NCBI GenBank assembly: GCA_964599455.1
Contig: CAZREA010000001.1
Coordinates: forward strand, 135,687 to 199,686
From: an uncultured Gammaproteobacteria bacterium
GTDB lineage: Bacteria; Patescibacteriota; Patescibacteriia; UBA9934
Reading direction: 5' to 3'
Length of the DNA stretch: 64,000 nt
Shown here: positions 47,976 through 57,826 of the stretch, piece by piece
Layout of the letters: each line of letters opens with the position of its first letter
Position numbering within the stretch: the first letter of the stretch is position 1
Program-made: the position numbers and the translations under genes
Notes under the pieces: generated by a model
The model's database searches: none
What the model saw: the letters and a program-made list of their open reading frames with translations, nothing else
Told to the model about the DNA's origin: nothing

Positions 47976-48008
47976 AAAAAGAAACGACCCTCCGGGACAG
48001 GAGGGCCG
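47976..48008 (-). terminator. Terminator of the 48035-49782 operon
   Basis: CCCTCC/GGAGGG stem, then a T-tract on the minus strand. Confidence 0.65.
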
Positions 48009-48034
48009 ATGAGCGATTACGAGCGAGCGGATAT

Positions 48035-49225
48035 CTAAGCGTAGCCAGACGTCCGCTCGCGATGTTTGTTGTGCACGGCCCAGGCCGCTATGCCCAGGTT
48101 CACCAGCAAGGTCCCGAGAAACACCAGTCCCACAGCCCAGCCCGCAGGCTCGACGGTGAGATAGCGAAACTCGGCGAACTGCTTACGCTTCCACTTTTCT
48201 TCCACGAGCGGAATCGCGGTGTTCACGATGGCCACCAGATTGAGCGGGCCCATGTTCGCAGCGTAGTCGCGAAGCTCGATCTTGAGCTCCTCGACTTCCG
48301 TCCACGAGAACACGTGGCTCCACTGGACCTTGCCACTGTCGTCGACGCCGAGCGTGATGACGAGCTCATTCTTGTTGCCGCGCTTCCAGAACTGCTCCTG
48401 GAGCATGCCCGCCTCGAGAGGCTGGTTGCGGAAGACGAGAACGAAGATCCTCACCTGCTTGGCCCGACCGAGCTTGGCGTTGGCGATCCGCAGGATCTCC
48501 TCGGCCTTGACCTGCGTCGAATCCCCGTTGCCGAGAATCGACTTCTGGCCGTAGAACCCGCTGATGGCTGGATACTCGAACAGATGGTAGCTCGCTCGGT
48601 CGAGGTCCGAGACATCTTGGAAGTTGAAGATGCTGCTGCTTGCCTGCACGCGGTTCTCGTACGTGTGCTTGGTGAACACCGCCTCGAGGGTCTCATCGCT
48701 GTTGTCAGCTTTCTCATCCCACTCGGCGACGTACTTGTCGCCGTCTTTGGAGTGATAGTCACGATTGAGCTCTACGCGGCGAGCGTTGCCGAAGCGATCG
48801 ACGAGTTCCTGGTACTTGCCCTTGCTGACCGTGACCGTCTGGCCGTTGCTGTCCTTGATCTGCCAGACCGGAGGATGATCCTCGACGTCGTAGTTGTGCT
48901 CTTTTCCACAGTCCACCCGCTCGGTCTTGGTCGTGGTCCCACCTTTGCCGTCAGGGACCGTGACCTCCTTGTCGCAGTACTTGGTGTGGGTACACGGTAC
49001 TTCTTCATCCCAGCGCTCGTAGTATTCGGCGACCTTGACGTAGCCGCCCCAGTACTCGGTGTCTGAGGTCTGAACCTTCTCGACGCCCCACTTGGCGAGG
49101 CCGATAAAGGCGAGGGGGATGCCGAAAAGGAGCAAGTACTCCCAGACGACGATGTGGTGCTTGTACGTCCGGAGTAGGACGATGGCGACCAGCACAGGGA
49201 TCGCCACCGCCCCCCAGATGATCAC
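48035..49225 (-). CDS. Membrane protein with large extracytoplasmic region (TPM-like partner of the LemA-like gene)
   Basis: Two N-terminal TMs, DTEYWGG, YENRVQAS.S.F, W..GNKNELV, FSWT, C-terminal TM. Confidence 0.75.
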   Translation of the reverse strand: MIIWGAVAIPVLVAIVLLRTYKHHIVVWEYLLLFGIPLAFIGLAKWGVEKVQTSDTEYWGGYVKVAEYYERWDEEVPCTHTKYCDKEVTVPDGKGGTTTKTERVDCGKEHNYDVEDHPPVWQIKDSNGQTVTVSKGKYQELVDRFGNARRVELNRDYHSKDGDKYVAEWDEKADNSDETLEAVFTKHTYENRVQASSSIFNFQDVSDLDRASYHLFEYPAISGFYGQKSILGNGDSTQVKAEEILRIANAKLGRAKQVRIFVLVFRNQPLEAGMLQEQFWKRGNKNELVITLGVDDSGKVQWSHVFSWTEVEELKIELRDYAANMGPLNLVAIVNTAIPLVEEKWKRKQFAEFRYLTVEPAGWAVGLVFLGTLLVNLGIAAWAVHNKHRERTSGYA

Positions 49226-49782
49226 TGGGTGCCGCCGGACTTCAGGTTGAAGAGCTCGACGTCGTTCTCCTGACCGCTGCCGAAGGCGGCTTCGGTCTTG
49301 GCGGAGGTGACCACGATGATCTCGATGGGCGGGCGGTCGCCGACGAAGATCGAGCTCGGCAGGGTCTGAAGCAGGGTGTCGTGCTCGCGCTTGAGGTCGA
49401 TGAGCTCCTGCTGCTCGCGGGTGAACGCCGTGCGCTGCGCCTCGATCGAGGTCATCAACTTGCCGAAGAGCTCGGGGCTGATGTCGATCTTAGCCTGCGT
49501 GAAGAAGGAGGCGAGCGCGCCGCTGCCGGCCACACCCCTGGTGTCCTGCATGATCTGGCTGTAGGTGGCGCGGAAGGACTCGCGCTCCGTCTGCGCGACC
49601 CCGGCCTGCGACTGCAGGATCTTCCAGGTGTTGTCGAAGACGGCCTCGTTCGACTTCTGTTGCGCAACGACCTGGTTGCGGAGGCGGACCTCGGCGTTGG
49701 AGGACGAGACGTACATGATGCCCGCGATGAGGGCGAAGGCGAACATGGCGAGCGCCATGACGAGAGGAACCTTGGACTGCAT
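49222..49782 (-). CDS. LemA-like helical membrane-anchored protein
   Basis: TM, Y.S..N.EV.LR, FD..WK, IEA.R..F...Q..LID.KR.H, VTS..T..AF..G; SD AGGAG. Confidence 0.7.
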   Translation of the reverse strand: MQSKVPLVMALAMFAFALIAGIMYVSSSNAEVRLRNQVVAQQKSNEAVFDNTWKILQSQAGVAQTERESFRATYSQIMQDTRGVAGSGALASFFTQAKIDISPELFGKLMTSIEAQRTAFTREQQELIDLKREHDTLLQTLPSSIFVGDRPPIEIIVVTSAKTEAAFGSGQENDVELFNLKSGGTQ

Positions 49783-49935
49783 GAGCAACTCCTGATTGCA
49801 AGTGAAGTTTCGAGTGAAATCGGCCAAAGACCGACGCGGCAGAGTGACAGAAAATCTGATAAATGTCAATCAAAAACCCTAAAAAGTCTGCTAAGATAAG
49901 TGGAGGAACCTTGATAGTCTTACGCTCTTATCACT

Positions 49936-50709
49936 ATGGCCGTGCTGAACATCTACAAACCCTTAGGATGGACGCCATTGCGAGTGCTCGATCATCTGCG
50001 CAAACAAGATCCGAGTCTGCGAAATACACCCATGACCTATGCCGGACGGCTGGATCCAATGGCTGAAGGTGTGCTTTTAGTCTTGACTGATGAAGATCGA
50101 TTGAAAAAAGAAGAGTTCATGAAACTGCATAAAGCGTACGAAGCGACATTTCTTTTTGGTTTTTCTACTGATTCGTATGATGCACTGGGACTGGCAAACC
50201 AAGGTTCTTTCGTTGATCAAAAGACAATTGCAACAGAGTTGCAGTTGTTAAAAGGCGTGCACAATCTTCCCTTCCCTCCTTACTCTTCTTACAAAGTACA
50301 AGGCAAACCACTCCATTGGTGGGCGCATCATCAACGTCTTGATGAAATTTTTCTTCCGATTAAAAAAATGCACGTCTTACACGTCAGCGACATCTCTCTT
50401 AAAACATGTTCTGCGCAAAATGTACTCAAAAATATCACTGATACCATCAGTCTTGTCACTGGCGATTTTCGTCAGGAAGCTTGTATTGATCGCTGGCGTT
50501 CTCTGCTTACAAATGACGAGATACTCATAACCGCAACGCTTACGCTTGAGGTAACCAGTGGAACATATATTCGATCTCTCGCTCATGCACTTGGTGAAAA
50601 ACTGGGATGCGGAGCATTACTTTTACATCTCAAGCGAACTGCTGTAGGAGAGTATCGTATCGATAGCTCTCTTCATCTCACCGAAACAACGTCGCATGAG
50701 TACCTGTAG
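49936..50709 (+). CDS. truB: tRNA pseudouridine synthase B-like
   Basis: YKPLG.TP, YAGRLDPMAEGVL, TDSYD.LG, P.YSS.KV.GKPL, SGTYIRSLA, L.RT.VG. Confidence 0.85.
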   Translation: MAVLNIYKPLGWTPLRVLDHLRKQDPSLRNTPMTYAGRLDPMAEGVLLVLTDEDRLKKEEFMKLHKAYEATFLFGFSTDSYDALGLANQGSFVDQKTIATELQLLKGVHNLPFPPYSSYKVQGKPLHWWAHHQRLDEIFLPIKKMHVLHVSDISLKTCSAQNVLKNITDTISLVTGDFRQEACIDRWRSLLTNDEILITATLTLEVTSGTYIRSLAHALGEKLGCGALLLHLKRTAVGEYRIDSSLHLTETTSHEYL

Positions 50710-50956
50710 CAAAAAGCTCAAGGATTAACTCCTCGTCCTGATATCGATAGATGAGCAACCAATCCGGTGCAATATGACACTCACGAAATCCACGAAGCTG
50801 ACCAGTTAATGCATGGTCTTTCTGCGTTATTGAAAGAACTTTCCCGAGACGTAAAGTTTCAATGGTTTTTTCAAGCTTCTGGAACAATAAAGGATCGATT
50901 TTACGTAATTTCTTTACTTATTTACGAAAGCGCTTCGAGGGAACAACCGTGAACAT
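50678..50956 (-). pseudogene. yafQ: YafQ-family toxin with in-frame TAA at codon 13
   Basis: MFTVVPSKRFRK*VKKL...DHALTG...GFRECHIAPDWLLIY...TGTHATLF; stop at 50918-50920. Confidence 0.85.
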
Positions 50957-50958
50957 AT

Positions 50959-51240
50959 TTATTCCGCCAGATCCTTCATGAGAGCTTTCGCGGATGTATA
51001 CCCTTTTATTTTACCTTTTTTAAAAGCTTTTAATGTTGCATTAGATTCCCTGATAAGTTGCTTCTCTTGTTCGGGAGTAAATCCATTTTCGGTTAAGACG
51101 GAAAAAGGGATCCCTTGAGTAATATCAATTTGCCGGAGATACATCTTAATAGCCGTACTCATATCCAAACCCAGAGTATTCAACACTCGGTTTGCATTTT
51201 TCTTTGTTTTTTCATCGACACGAACTTGAATTGTTTGCAT
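50959..51240 (-). CDS. dinJ: RelB/DinJ family antitoxin
   Basis: IQVRVDEK.K..A..VL..LGLDMSTAI.MYL.QI....GIPF. Confidence 0.9.
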   Translation of the reverse strand: MQTIQVRVDEKTKKNANRVLNTLGLDMSTAIKMYLRQIDITQGIPFSVLTENGFTPEQEKQLIRESNATLKAFKKGKIKGYTSAKALMKDLAE

Positions 51241-51344
51241 AGGATCAATAATCGCTTTCACGATATCGCTCTGTAGTGCTACTGTCAATACATAATTTCT
51301 CCATCTTTATCTTTTCTTTTGTACATCACCGCAATATACAGATG

Positions 51345-51391
51345 AAAAAGATAACAGCGTCCGCATCGGAAATTCCGATACAAACGCTGTT
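51345..51391 (-). terminator. Terminator hairpin
   Basis: AACAGCGT...ACGCTGTT with an inner ATCGGA/TCCGAT stem. Confidence 0.65.
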
Positions 51392-51406
51392 CGATGACCA
51401 TCTCTC

Positions 51407-51631
51407 TCACGCTTTGTCGACCATCTCCCAGACAGTATCGTAATAGACTCCCTGCCCCGTCTTGCGGACGGTTACCTGGAGATGAGTCCAGGTATACATC
51501 GCCTCAAGGACCTGGGAAACTCCTCGAGACTGCATACCCGCTTCGTATGCAATATCCCGGACCGTTGCCCGACCACCAAGTTGCCGCAAAGCCTGCGCAA
51601 CCTTTTGCTGTCGCTGCTTAAGAGCTGCCAT
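51407..51631 (-). CDS. Small winged-HTH protein
   Basis: AL..LGG.ATVRDIA...GM..RGVSQ.L; SD GGAGGT. Confidence 0.7.
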   Translation of the reverse strand: MAALKQRQQKVAQALRQLGGRATVRDIAYEAGMQSRGVSQVLEAMYTWTHLQVTVRKTGQGVYYDTVWEMVDKA

Positions 51632-51719
51632 ACACACCTCCGAAGAAAGCATAAAAGAAAAAAGACGCTTCTGACAAGTCATATTGAAAAAAGCTACGAA
51701 TTCCTTATACTATCGCGAC

Positions 51720-52631
51720 ATGAATCCGGAATACGAAATCATCATCTTCTATAAATACACACCGGTGGCTGATCCGGTTGGTTTTGTGGCGTGGCAAAAG
51801 AAAACATGTGAGGAGATCGGAATTAAAGGACGTATCCTCATTGCTCATGAAGGCATCAATGGCACCGTTGAAGGTACACCAGAGCAAATCGCCGAATATG
51901 AGTCTCGCATGCGATCGCAAAATGGATCCGCCGGAACATTCGGTAATTTTTCCGATATCTGGCTTAAAGCAAGTCCGGGAACAGGAAAAGCATTCCCTAA
52001 ACTCAAAGTCAAAGCGCGCAAAGAAATTGTGACGACCGGTCTTCCCGTAGAAAAGGATATTGATCCGAATCGCGTCACCGGAAAACATCTCGAACCAGAA
52101 GAGCTTAAAAAATGGATTGAGAATGGCGAAGACTTTGAGATCATCGACATGCGCAACGACTACGAATACGCGGTCGGACATTTCGCCAAATCACATAACA
52201 GTCGCATGAGAAATTTCCGTGACCTGGAAAAAGTTGTTCCGGAATTTTCATCACTCAAGGAAAAGAAAGTGCTCACAGTTTGTACGTATGGCGTGCGCTG
52301 CGAAAAAGCATCGGGCTATTTAGTTGAACAGGGTTTTAAAGACGTGTATCAACTTGATGGTGGCATCGGCACCTACATGAAAAAATATCCTGGCCAAGAT
52401 TTTCTCGGCTCACTGTATGTTTTTGATGATCGCATGATTGAGCGTTGGACCGATCAGTACGAAGTGATTGGTCGTTGCGTTTCGTGCAATACACAAAGCG
52501 AACGCTACGGCAATTGTGCCTGGCACGAATGTCATAAGCAGCTGATTATTTGCGAGACATGTACGAGCAAATCGATTTGGTGTTCTGAAGCGTGTGAGAG
52601 AGAATCTCGGAGCGTTGTGAGTGAATCGTAA
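51720..52631 (+). CDS. trhO: Rhodanese-domain tRNA U34 hydroxylase (TrhO/YceA/UPF0176)
   Basis: GRILIA.EGINGT, F.KL.VK...EIV, DMRNDYE..VGHF, CTYGVRCEK, YQLDGGI, VFDDR. Confidence 0.92.
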   Translation: MNPEYEIIIFYKYTPVADPVGFVAWQKKTCEEIGIKGRILIAHEGINGTVEGTPEQIAEYESRMRSQNGSAGTFGNFSDIWLKASPGTGKAFPKLKVKARKEIVTTGLPVEKDIDPNRVTGKHLEPEELKKWIENGEDFEIIDMRNDYEYAVGHFAKSHNSRMRNFRDLEKVVPEFSSLKEKKVLTVCTYGVRCEKASGYLVEQGFKDVYQLDGGIGTYMKKYPGQDFLGSLYVFDDRMIERWTDQYEVIGRCVSCNTQSERYGNCAWHECHKQLIICETCTSKSIWCSEACERESRSVVSES

Positions 52632-52686
52632 AATTGAGGATATTTTTCTCGTAAAAAAGAGAATTATCATGTATAAAAATTGGTAC

Positions 52687-53694
52687 ATGAAATATCTTTT
52701 TTCTTTCTTGTTCATTTTTCTTTTTCCTCATACAGCTTTCGCTGCTGACATTGTCGACATTACCTTTCCCGTCGGCAGTAGTGACGTCACCTTTAGCGAT
52801 GACTTTGATTCGCCTCGCAGTGGTGGGCGTGTGCATGAAGCTATCGACATCATGGCCGATAAAATGACACCGATTCTAGCTGCGCAAGATGGACGAGTCA
52901 CCTTTGCACCAATGGAAGAACCCAGTTATGGCTACATGCTCACCATTCGAGGAAGCGATGGCTATACCTACACCTACATTCACATCAACAACGATACGCC
53001 CGGAACCGATGACGGCGACGGCGGTCCTGAGTATGCGTACGTAGACGGTATTGAAGAAGGCGAACGCGTGGAACGAGGTGAGCACATTGCCTGGGTAGGT
53101 GACAGTGGCAATGCCGAAGACATTGGATCGCATTTGCATTTTGTCATGGAAGACGAAGATGGTGTCGCCTTCAATCCCTACGAATCACTGGTAGCAGCAT
53201 ACGAGGATGCGCAGACGCTTGAGCTCTCGTTTGATCCCGAAATCGAACTCGCAAACGCAACATCTATAAATGTCGATAAAGATATTGCAGAAACCGATGA
53301 TGAAACGTTATGCGAATCCGATTCGCTCATTCGCACACTTGAAGTTTCCACCGTTTATTATTGCGGACAGGATGGTGGTCGCTATGTTTTTCAAAATGAA
53401 AGTACCTTCTTTTCGTGGTATGACGATTTTTCTGCGGTCACCTATGTAACGACCGAAGAGATGGGCGATATTCCTCTAAAAGGCGTTGTCACCTACAAAC
53501 CTGGATCATACATGGTGAAACTGTTAAGTAGTCCGAAGGTGTACGCAATCGGACAAAATGGAACCCTGCACTTTATTCCCTCAACCGCAATCGCCGAAGC
53601 GCTCTACGGAGAAAACTGGGCTTCATATATACGCGATCTTCCTGATAGCTTTTTTCCGGCGTACGAAATTGGTGACGAGGTGACAAGCGAGTAA
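52687..53694 (+). CDS. Secreted M23 metallopeptidase with CPR-type C-terminal domain
   Basis: HEAID (HxxxD), Y.YIHIN, VGDSGNA, HLHF; C-terminal VYY.G.DG.RYVF.NE.TFFSWY.DF. Confidence 0.88.
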   Translation: MKYLFSFLFIFLFPHTAFAADIVDITFPVGSSDVTFSDDFDSPRSGGRVHEAIDIMADKMTPILAAQDGRVTFAPMEEPSYGYMLTIRGSDGYTYTYIHINNDTPGTDDGDGGPEYAYVDGIEEGERVERGEHIAWVGDSGNAEDIGSHLHFVMEDEDGVAFNPYESLVAAYEDAQTLELSFDPEIELANATSINVDKDIAETDDETLCESDSLIRTLEVSTVYYCGQDGGRYVFQNESTFFSWYDDFSAVTYVTTEEMGDIPLKGVVTYKPGSYMVKLLSSPKVYAIGQNGTLHFIPSTAIAEALYGENWASYIRDLPDSFFPAYEIGDEVTSE

Positions 53695-53771
53695 AAATCT
53701 TCTTAAACAAACAACCGCCCCACAAGCAGGCGATTGCATGCTTGGGACGGTGAGATGAAGACTGACCGGTA

Positions 53772-54257
53772 TTACGAGCTGACACCTTGTCGACTACGCA
53801 ACGCGCGCCAGGCCTGTACATGCCCCGCGACTCCCGGTTGTTTCAGAAAAAGCAGGAAAGTACCCACTATCCGAAGCTTGAGGAACTTTGCAAGTTCGGT
53901 GTCACTTTGAAGTTCCCGGACGATTTTTGCTCCCGCCTCGCCCAATACATCAACATTGAGGCAAGAACCGCGACCCTTGCTGTCGCCAGCCAGAGCCGCA
54001 TCCACAATGCTTTCAATGTCATCTTTCGTGGCCCAGAGCTCAAGCCTGGCCCAGATCGGAGTGCCGGCTTCCAATCTCGAACCGCCGATCCCGACCAGAA
54101 TGTGGTCATATCCCTCGCACAGACCAATGTCGACGATGGGCAAGGTGTCGAACACCGGAAATGGCATCGGCCTCTCGGGAGCATCGTCATTGAGATCGAT
54201 GCCGCCATATTCCTCAAATCGATTTCCAAAGACCGACGCGGCAGAGTGACCGTGCAT
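53772..54257 (-). CDS. Hypothetical protein (orphan)
   Basis: 161-aa ORF with promoter (TTTACA-16 bp-TATACT) and hairpin at 53714-53751. The SD-led ATG at 54267 is out of frame, so the start is uncertain. Confidence 0.55.
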   Translation of the reverse strand: MHGHSAASVFGNRFEEYGGIDLNDDAPERPMPFPVFDTLPIVDIGLCEGYDHILVGIGGSRLEAGTPIWARLELWATKDDIESIVDAALAGDSKGRGSCLNVDVLGEAGAKIVRELQSDTELAKFLKLRIVGTFLLFLKQPGVAGHVQAWRALRSRQGVSS

Positions 54258-54439
54258 GCTTGAGCATGGCAATCTCCTTTCAGAGGATAATGAGGGGGAA
54301 AGCACAGAACGTGTACGTAACACGGAGTATATATAAATCTTGGCATTTGTAAATCCCGACAAGAGATGAACACAACTTCTCAATGCAACCCCTCATCCTT
54401 GCTTCTTTTTAAAAACTAGTGTAAGGTAAGCAAAATATT

Positions 54440-55015
54440 ATGAACAATTTCTTTGGGGACCGAGGCGGAAGTGGCAAATCAGGCGGTAAATCCTTTGGTG
54501 GCAAGCGTTTTGGCGGTGCACCTTCATGGAAAAAAGGTCCTCAAGATCGTGGTGGTTTTGATAAACAAATGTTCGATGCCACGTGCGGTGAATGTGGCCG
54601 TGAATGCCAGGTGCCATTCAAGCCCATGGGCAATCGTCCCGTTTTTTGTAGTAATTGCTTCAAAAAAGAAGATGGTGGCAACGAGTCTTCCGGCCGTTTT
54701 CAAGAACGCCGCTCTTTTGATCGCCCTTCGTTCAATGATCGCCCTTCGTTTAACGATCGCCGCCCAAGCGCCCCTTCGTTTGAACAACGCAGTGGTCCAA
54801 GCAACAAAGACATGCAGGACTTGCGTGAACAATTAAAAACCATCAACGTCAAACTCAACACCATTCTCCAAGCCCTTGCCCCTGCACAAATGAGTGAAGA
54901 GGAAGAACTCCTGCACGAAATTTCTCTTGCCAAACCAGAAAAAGCAGAAAAGGTTGTCGCGAAGAAAAAAGTGACCAAGGCAAAGAAAGCAAAGGCTGAA
55001 GAAGAAAGTGAATAA
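54440..55015 (+). CDS. CxxC-x17-CxxC domain protein
   Basis: MF.ATC.ECG..C.VPFKP...RPVFC..CF; Gly/Arg-rich flanks; Lys-rich tail. Confidence 0.88.
   Translation: MNNFFGDRGGSGKSGGKSFGGKRFGGAPSWKKGPQDRGGFDKQMFDATCGECGRECQVPFKPMGNRPVFCSNCFKKEDGGNESSGRFQERRSFDRPSFNDRPSFNDRRPSAPSFEQRSGPSNKDMQDLREQLKTINVKLNTILQALAPAQMSEEEELLHEISLAKPEKAEKVVAKKKVTKAKKAKAEEESE
54719..54760 (+). repeat. Coding 18-bp tandem repeat (DRPSFN)
   Basis: GATCGCCCTTCGTTCAAT GATCGCCCTTCGTTTAAC GATCGC. Confidence 0.7.
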
Positions 55016-55018
55016 TAC

Positions 55019-55050
55019 AAAGAACCGGTCTCACGACTGGTTCTTTTTTT
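55019..55050 (+). terminator. Intrinsic terminator
   Basis: AAGAACCGGTC/GACTGGTTCTT followed by a T-tract. Confidence 0.85.
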
Positions 55051-55141
55051 AGCTATTACAGGCTATACCTCAGTTTGCCGATGTGAAATTGTCTTTTTAA
55101 TTAAGATGTGGTCTACTGGAGGCCTTTGTTTTGCACATTCT

Positions 55142-56593
55142 ATGGACCATGGCGATGTTATTGTACGGTTTGAAAATGTGACCTTTGGCTATGATGCCGA
55201 GAATCCCGTGCTTGAAGAAGCCAGTTTTTCGGTACGCGAAAATGCCAAAATGACCATCATGGGTCAAAACGGTGCCGGAAAAAGCACGATTCTCAAACTC
55301 CTTACCGGACCACTGAAGCCTGATCGCGGTGAAATCCATATTCAACAAGGAGCAAAAATTGCCATCGCCACACAGGTGATGCCGCGTGAGCAAATGGAAC
55401 ATACGGTTACCGAATTCTTTGCTACGGCCTTTGGCGAAAAAATGTACGATCTTGATAAACGCATTGCCGATGTTTTAGAGACGGTCAATCTGGTAACGCC
55501 ATTTGATAAAAAAATTAAAGATTTTTCCGGCGGTCAACAAGCACGTTTGTTGCTTGCCTATGCACTCATTCAAGAGCCGGATATTTTACTTCTTGATGAG
55601 CCGACGAACAATCTCGATGTTGATGGTATTGCCCATCTCACGGCATTTTTGATTATGTATCCGAAAACGGTTCTCGTTATTTCTCACGATGCCGATTTCT
55701 TGAATACCTTTACCGAAGGTGTCTTACATCTTGATGTCTACACAGGCAAAGTTGATAAATACGACGGCAACTATTTTGATGTGGTGGAAGAAATTTCCGC
55801 ACGACTTGAACGCGATCGCATGAAAAATGCGCGATTATTAAAAGAGATCCAAGATCGTAAAGATAAAATTAACTTTTTTGCACACAAGGGTGGAAAGATG
55901 CGCAAGCTTGCAAGCAAATTGCGCGATCAAGTCGAAGACGCCGAAGACAACATGGTCGAGGTCCGACGCGATGATCGCACGATTCGTGACTTCACGATTC
56001 CCGCACAAACCTGGTCCGACAATGTGGTCACCATCTCGTCGGTAAAGGTCATCAAAAATCATGAACCGCATCGCGCAGACGTGAAAGTGTATTTACGTAA
56101 AGGACAACGTCTGCTGATCTCAGGACCAAATGGAATTGGGAAAAGCACTTTTTTACGCACATTAGCAGAAGGAAAAGATGAAGGCGCAATCATCGCCAAA
56201 GATGTGAACGTCGGCTATTACCGACAAGATTTTTCTGGTCTTGATTTTGCAGAAACTGCCTATAAATCACTCGAGTCGATGATGCCCGTTCCGGACAATC
56301 AAACCATTCGTGCCGTTGGTGCACACTTCTTGCTCAATGGTGATGCGCTCGCAACACAAGTGGGATCGCTTTCCGAGGGGCAAAAAGGACTTCTCTGTTT
56401 TGCACGTTTCGTGTTACAGAAACCCGGTCTCTTAATCCTCGACGAACCCACCAATCACATCAACTTCCGCCATCTCCCCGTCATTGCTCGTGCATTACAA
56501 AACTACGAAGGCTGCATCATCATGGTCAGCCACGCGCCAGACTTTGTGAAAGAAATTGAGTTTACGCAAACATTGGACTTGGGAAGTCTTTAA
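55142..56593 (+). CDS. ABC-F family ATPase
   Basis: Two NBDs (GQNGAGKS, GPNGIGKS), LLLDEPTNNLD and LILDEPTNH, no TMs. Confidence 0.93.
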   Translation: MDHGDVIVRFENVTFGYDAENPVLEEASFSVRENAKMTIMGQNGAGKSTILKLLTGPLKPDRGEIHIQQGAKIAIATQVMPREQMEHTVTEFFATAFGEKMYDLDKRIADVLETVNLVTPFDKKIKDFSGGQQARLLLAYALIQEPDILLLDEPTNNLDVDGIAHLTAFLIMYPKTVLVISHDADFLNTFTEGVLHLDVYTGKVDKYDGNYFDVVEEISARLERDRMKNARLLKEIQDRKDKINFFAHKGGKMRKLASKLRDQVEDAEDNMVEVRRDDRTIRDFTIPAQTWSDNVVTISSVKVIKNHEPHRADVKVYLRKGQRLLISGPNGIGKSTFLRTLAEGKDEGAIIAKDVNVGYYRQDFSGLDFAETAYKSLESMMPVPDNQTIRAVGAHFLLNGDALATQVGSLSEGQKGLLCFARFVLQKPGLLILDEPTNHINFRHLPVIARALQNYEGCIIMVSHAPDFVKEIEFTQTLDLGSL

Positions 56594-56604
56594 TCGAGTT
56601 GGCA

Positions 56605-57111
56605 TTATTTCACTCTGATAACTTCATACATCACCTTCCGATCGGCAACCGTCACCTCAACACAATCTCCAACGCGGCATCCAATCAACGCCGATCCTAC
56701 CGGCGATACATGCGAAATAGTTCCCATACCCGGACGAACTTCGTGCGAACCGAGAATCGTCAATGTCTGTTCTTTATCTTGTACACAAACAATCACTTTT
56801 GATCCCAGTCGAACAACACCATCAACAGAAGGCTCGGCAGAAATAATCATCGCTTGTGCAAGAAGGAGTTCAAGACGCGTGATGCGACTGAGCATTCGTC
56901 GCAAATGTTGTTTGGCGTATTGATAGGCCGCATTTTCCGACAAATCCCCCATCGCTCCTAAACGTGCTACTTCTTCTGCAGCCGCAATCCGCTCTTTCTT
57001 TAATCGTTCTAATTCTTTTTGATACTTGTCATATGCCGCTTGCGTCAAATAGGTATCATCTTGTTGCGAAAATTGTTTTTCGCGCTCTGCTTTTCGGGTA
57101 GGAAGACGCAT
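56605..57111 (-). CDS. GreA/GreB family transcription elongation factor
   Basis: GDLSENAAYQYAK, IS..SPVG.AL.G..VGD. Confidence 0.92.
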   Translation of the reverse strand: MRLPTRKAEREKQFSQQDDTYLTQAAYDKYQKELERLKKERIAAAEEVARLGAMGDLSENAAYQYAKQHLRRMLSRITRLELLLAQAMIISAEPSVDGVVRLGSKVIVCVQDKEQTLTILGSHEVRPGMGTISHVSPVGSALIGCRVGDCVEVTVADRKVMYEVIRVK

Positions 57112-57140
57112 AGTTTTTCCTATGATAATCTGATATTCAT

Positions 57141-57740
57141 ATGAACCTCAAGCAGCAGACCATCGATACCTACAATAAAACAGCAAAAGAAATGGCCAAC
57201 AAATTCAACGCCATAGGAACTCGCGTGAAAGATATTCAACACGCATTTTCATTGGCAAAGAAAGAGGATCCGATTGTTTTAGAGATTGGTTGTGGCAATG
57301 GTAGAGATGCAGCCGAAATCGTACGTCATACGAAGAGCTATCTTGGTATAGATATCTCATCAGTCATGATCGACCTTGCTCAAGGATATGTTCCGGAAGG
57401 GAAGTTTATCGTCGCCGATATCGATAACTATGATTTTCCTGAAGGAATTGATCTCATCTTTTCCTTCGCCTCCCTTTTGCATAGCGATCGAGATCACGTA
57501 CAAGATATCCTTCGACGCGCACATGCTGCACTCAATACTGACGGTATCTTTTTTATCTCGTTGAAAATGGATGCGTATCAACAAAAAATACAAGAAGATG
57601 CCTTTGGTTTGCGCGTCTTCTATTTTTATACGCCAGAGCTTATCAAGGAAATGGCAGGAAAAATGTACGAAACGATATTTCTAGAAACTCAAGAGCATCT
57701 TGGTCAGCAGTGGTTTAGCATCATCTTGCGGAAGAAATAA
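57141..57740 (+). CDS. Class I SAM-dependent methyltransferase
   Basis: VLEIGCGNGRD, GIDIS..M, ASLLH. Confidence 0.92.
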   Translation: MNLKQQTIDTYNKTAKEMANKFNAIGTRVKDIQHAFSLAKKEDPIVLEIGCGNGRDAAEIVRHTKSYLGIDISSVMIDLAQGYVPEGKFIVADIDNYDFPEGIDLIFSFASLLHSDRDHVQDILRRAHAALNTDGIFFISLKMDAYQQKIQEDAFGLRVFYFYTPELIKEMAGKMYETIFLETQEHLGQQWFSIILRKK

Positions 57741-57826
57741 ATCCTCATCGGCTCATGTTTCCGTAACACAAAACGCACCCCACAGGCAGGCACGTTTTGT
57801 GCTGTTCGTGGCGTGCGTACAAAAGA

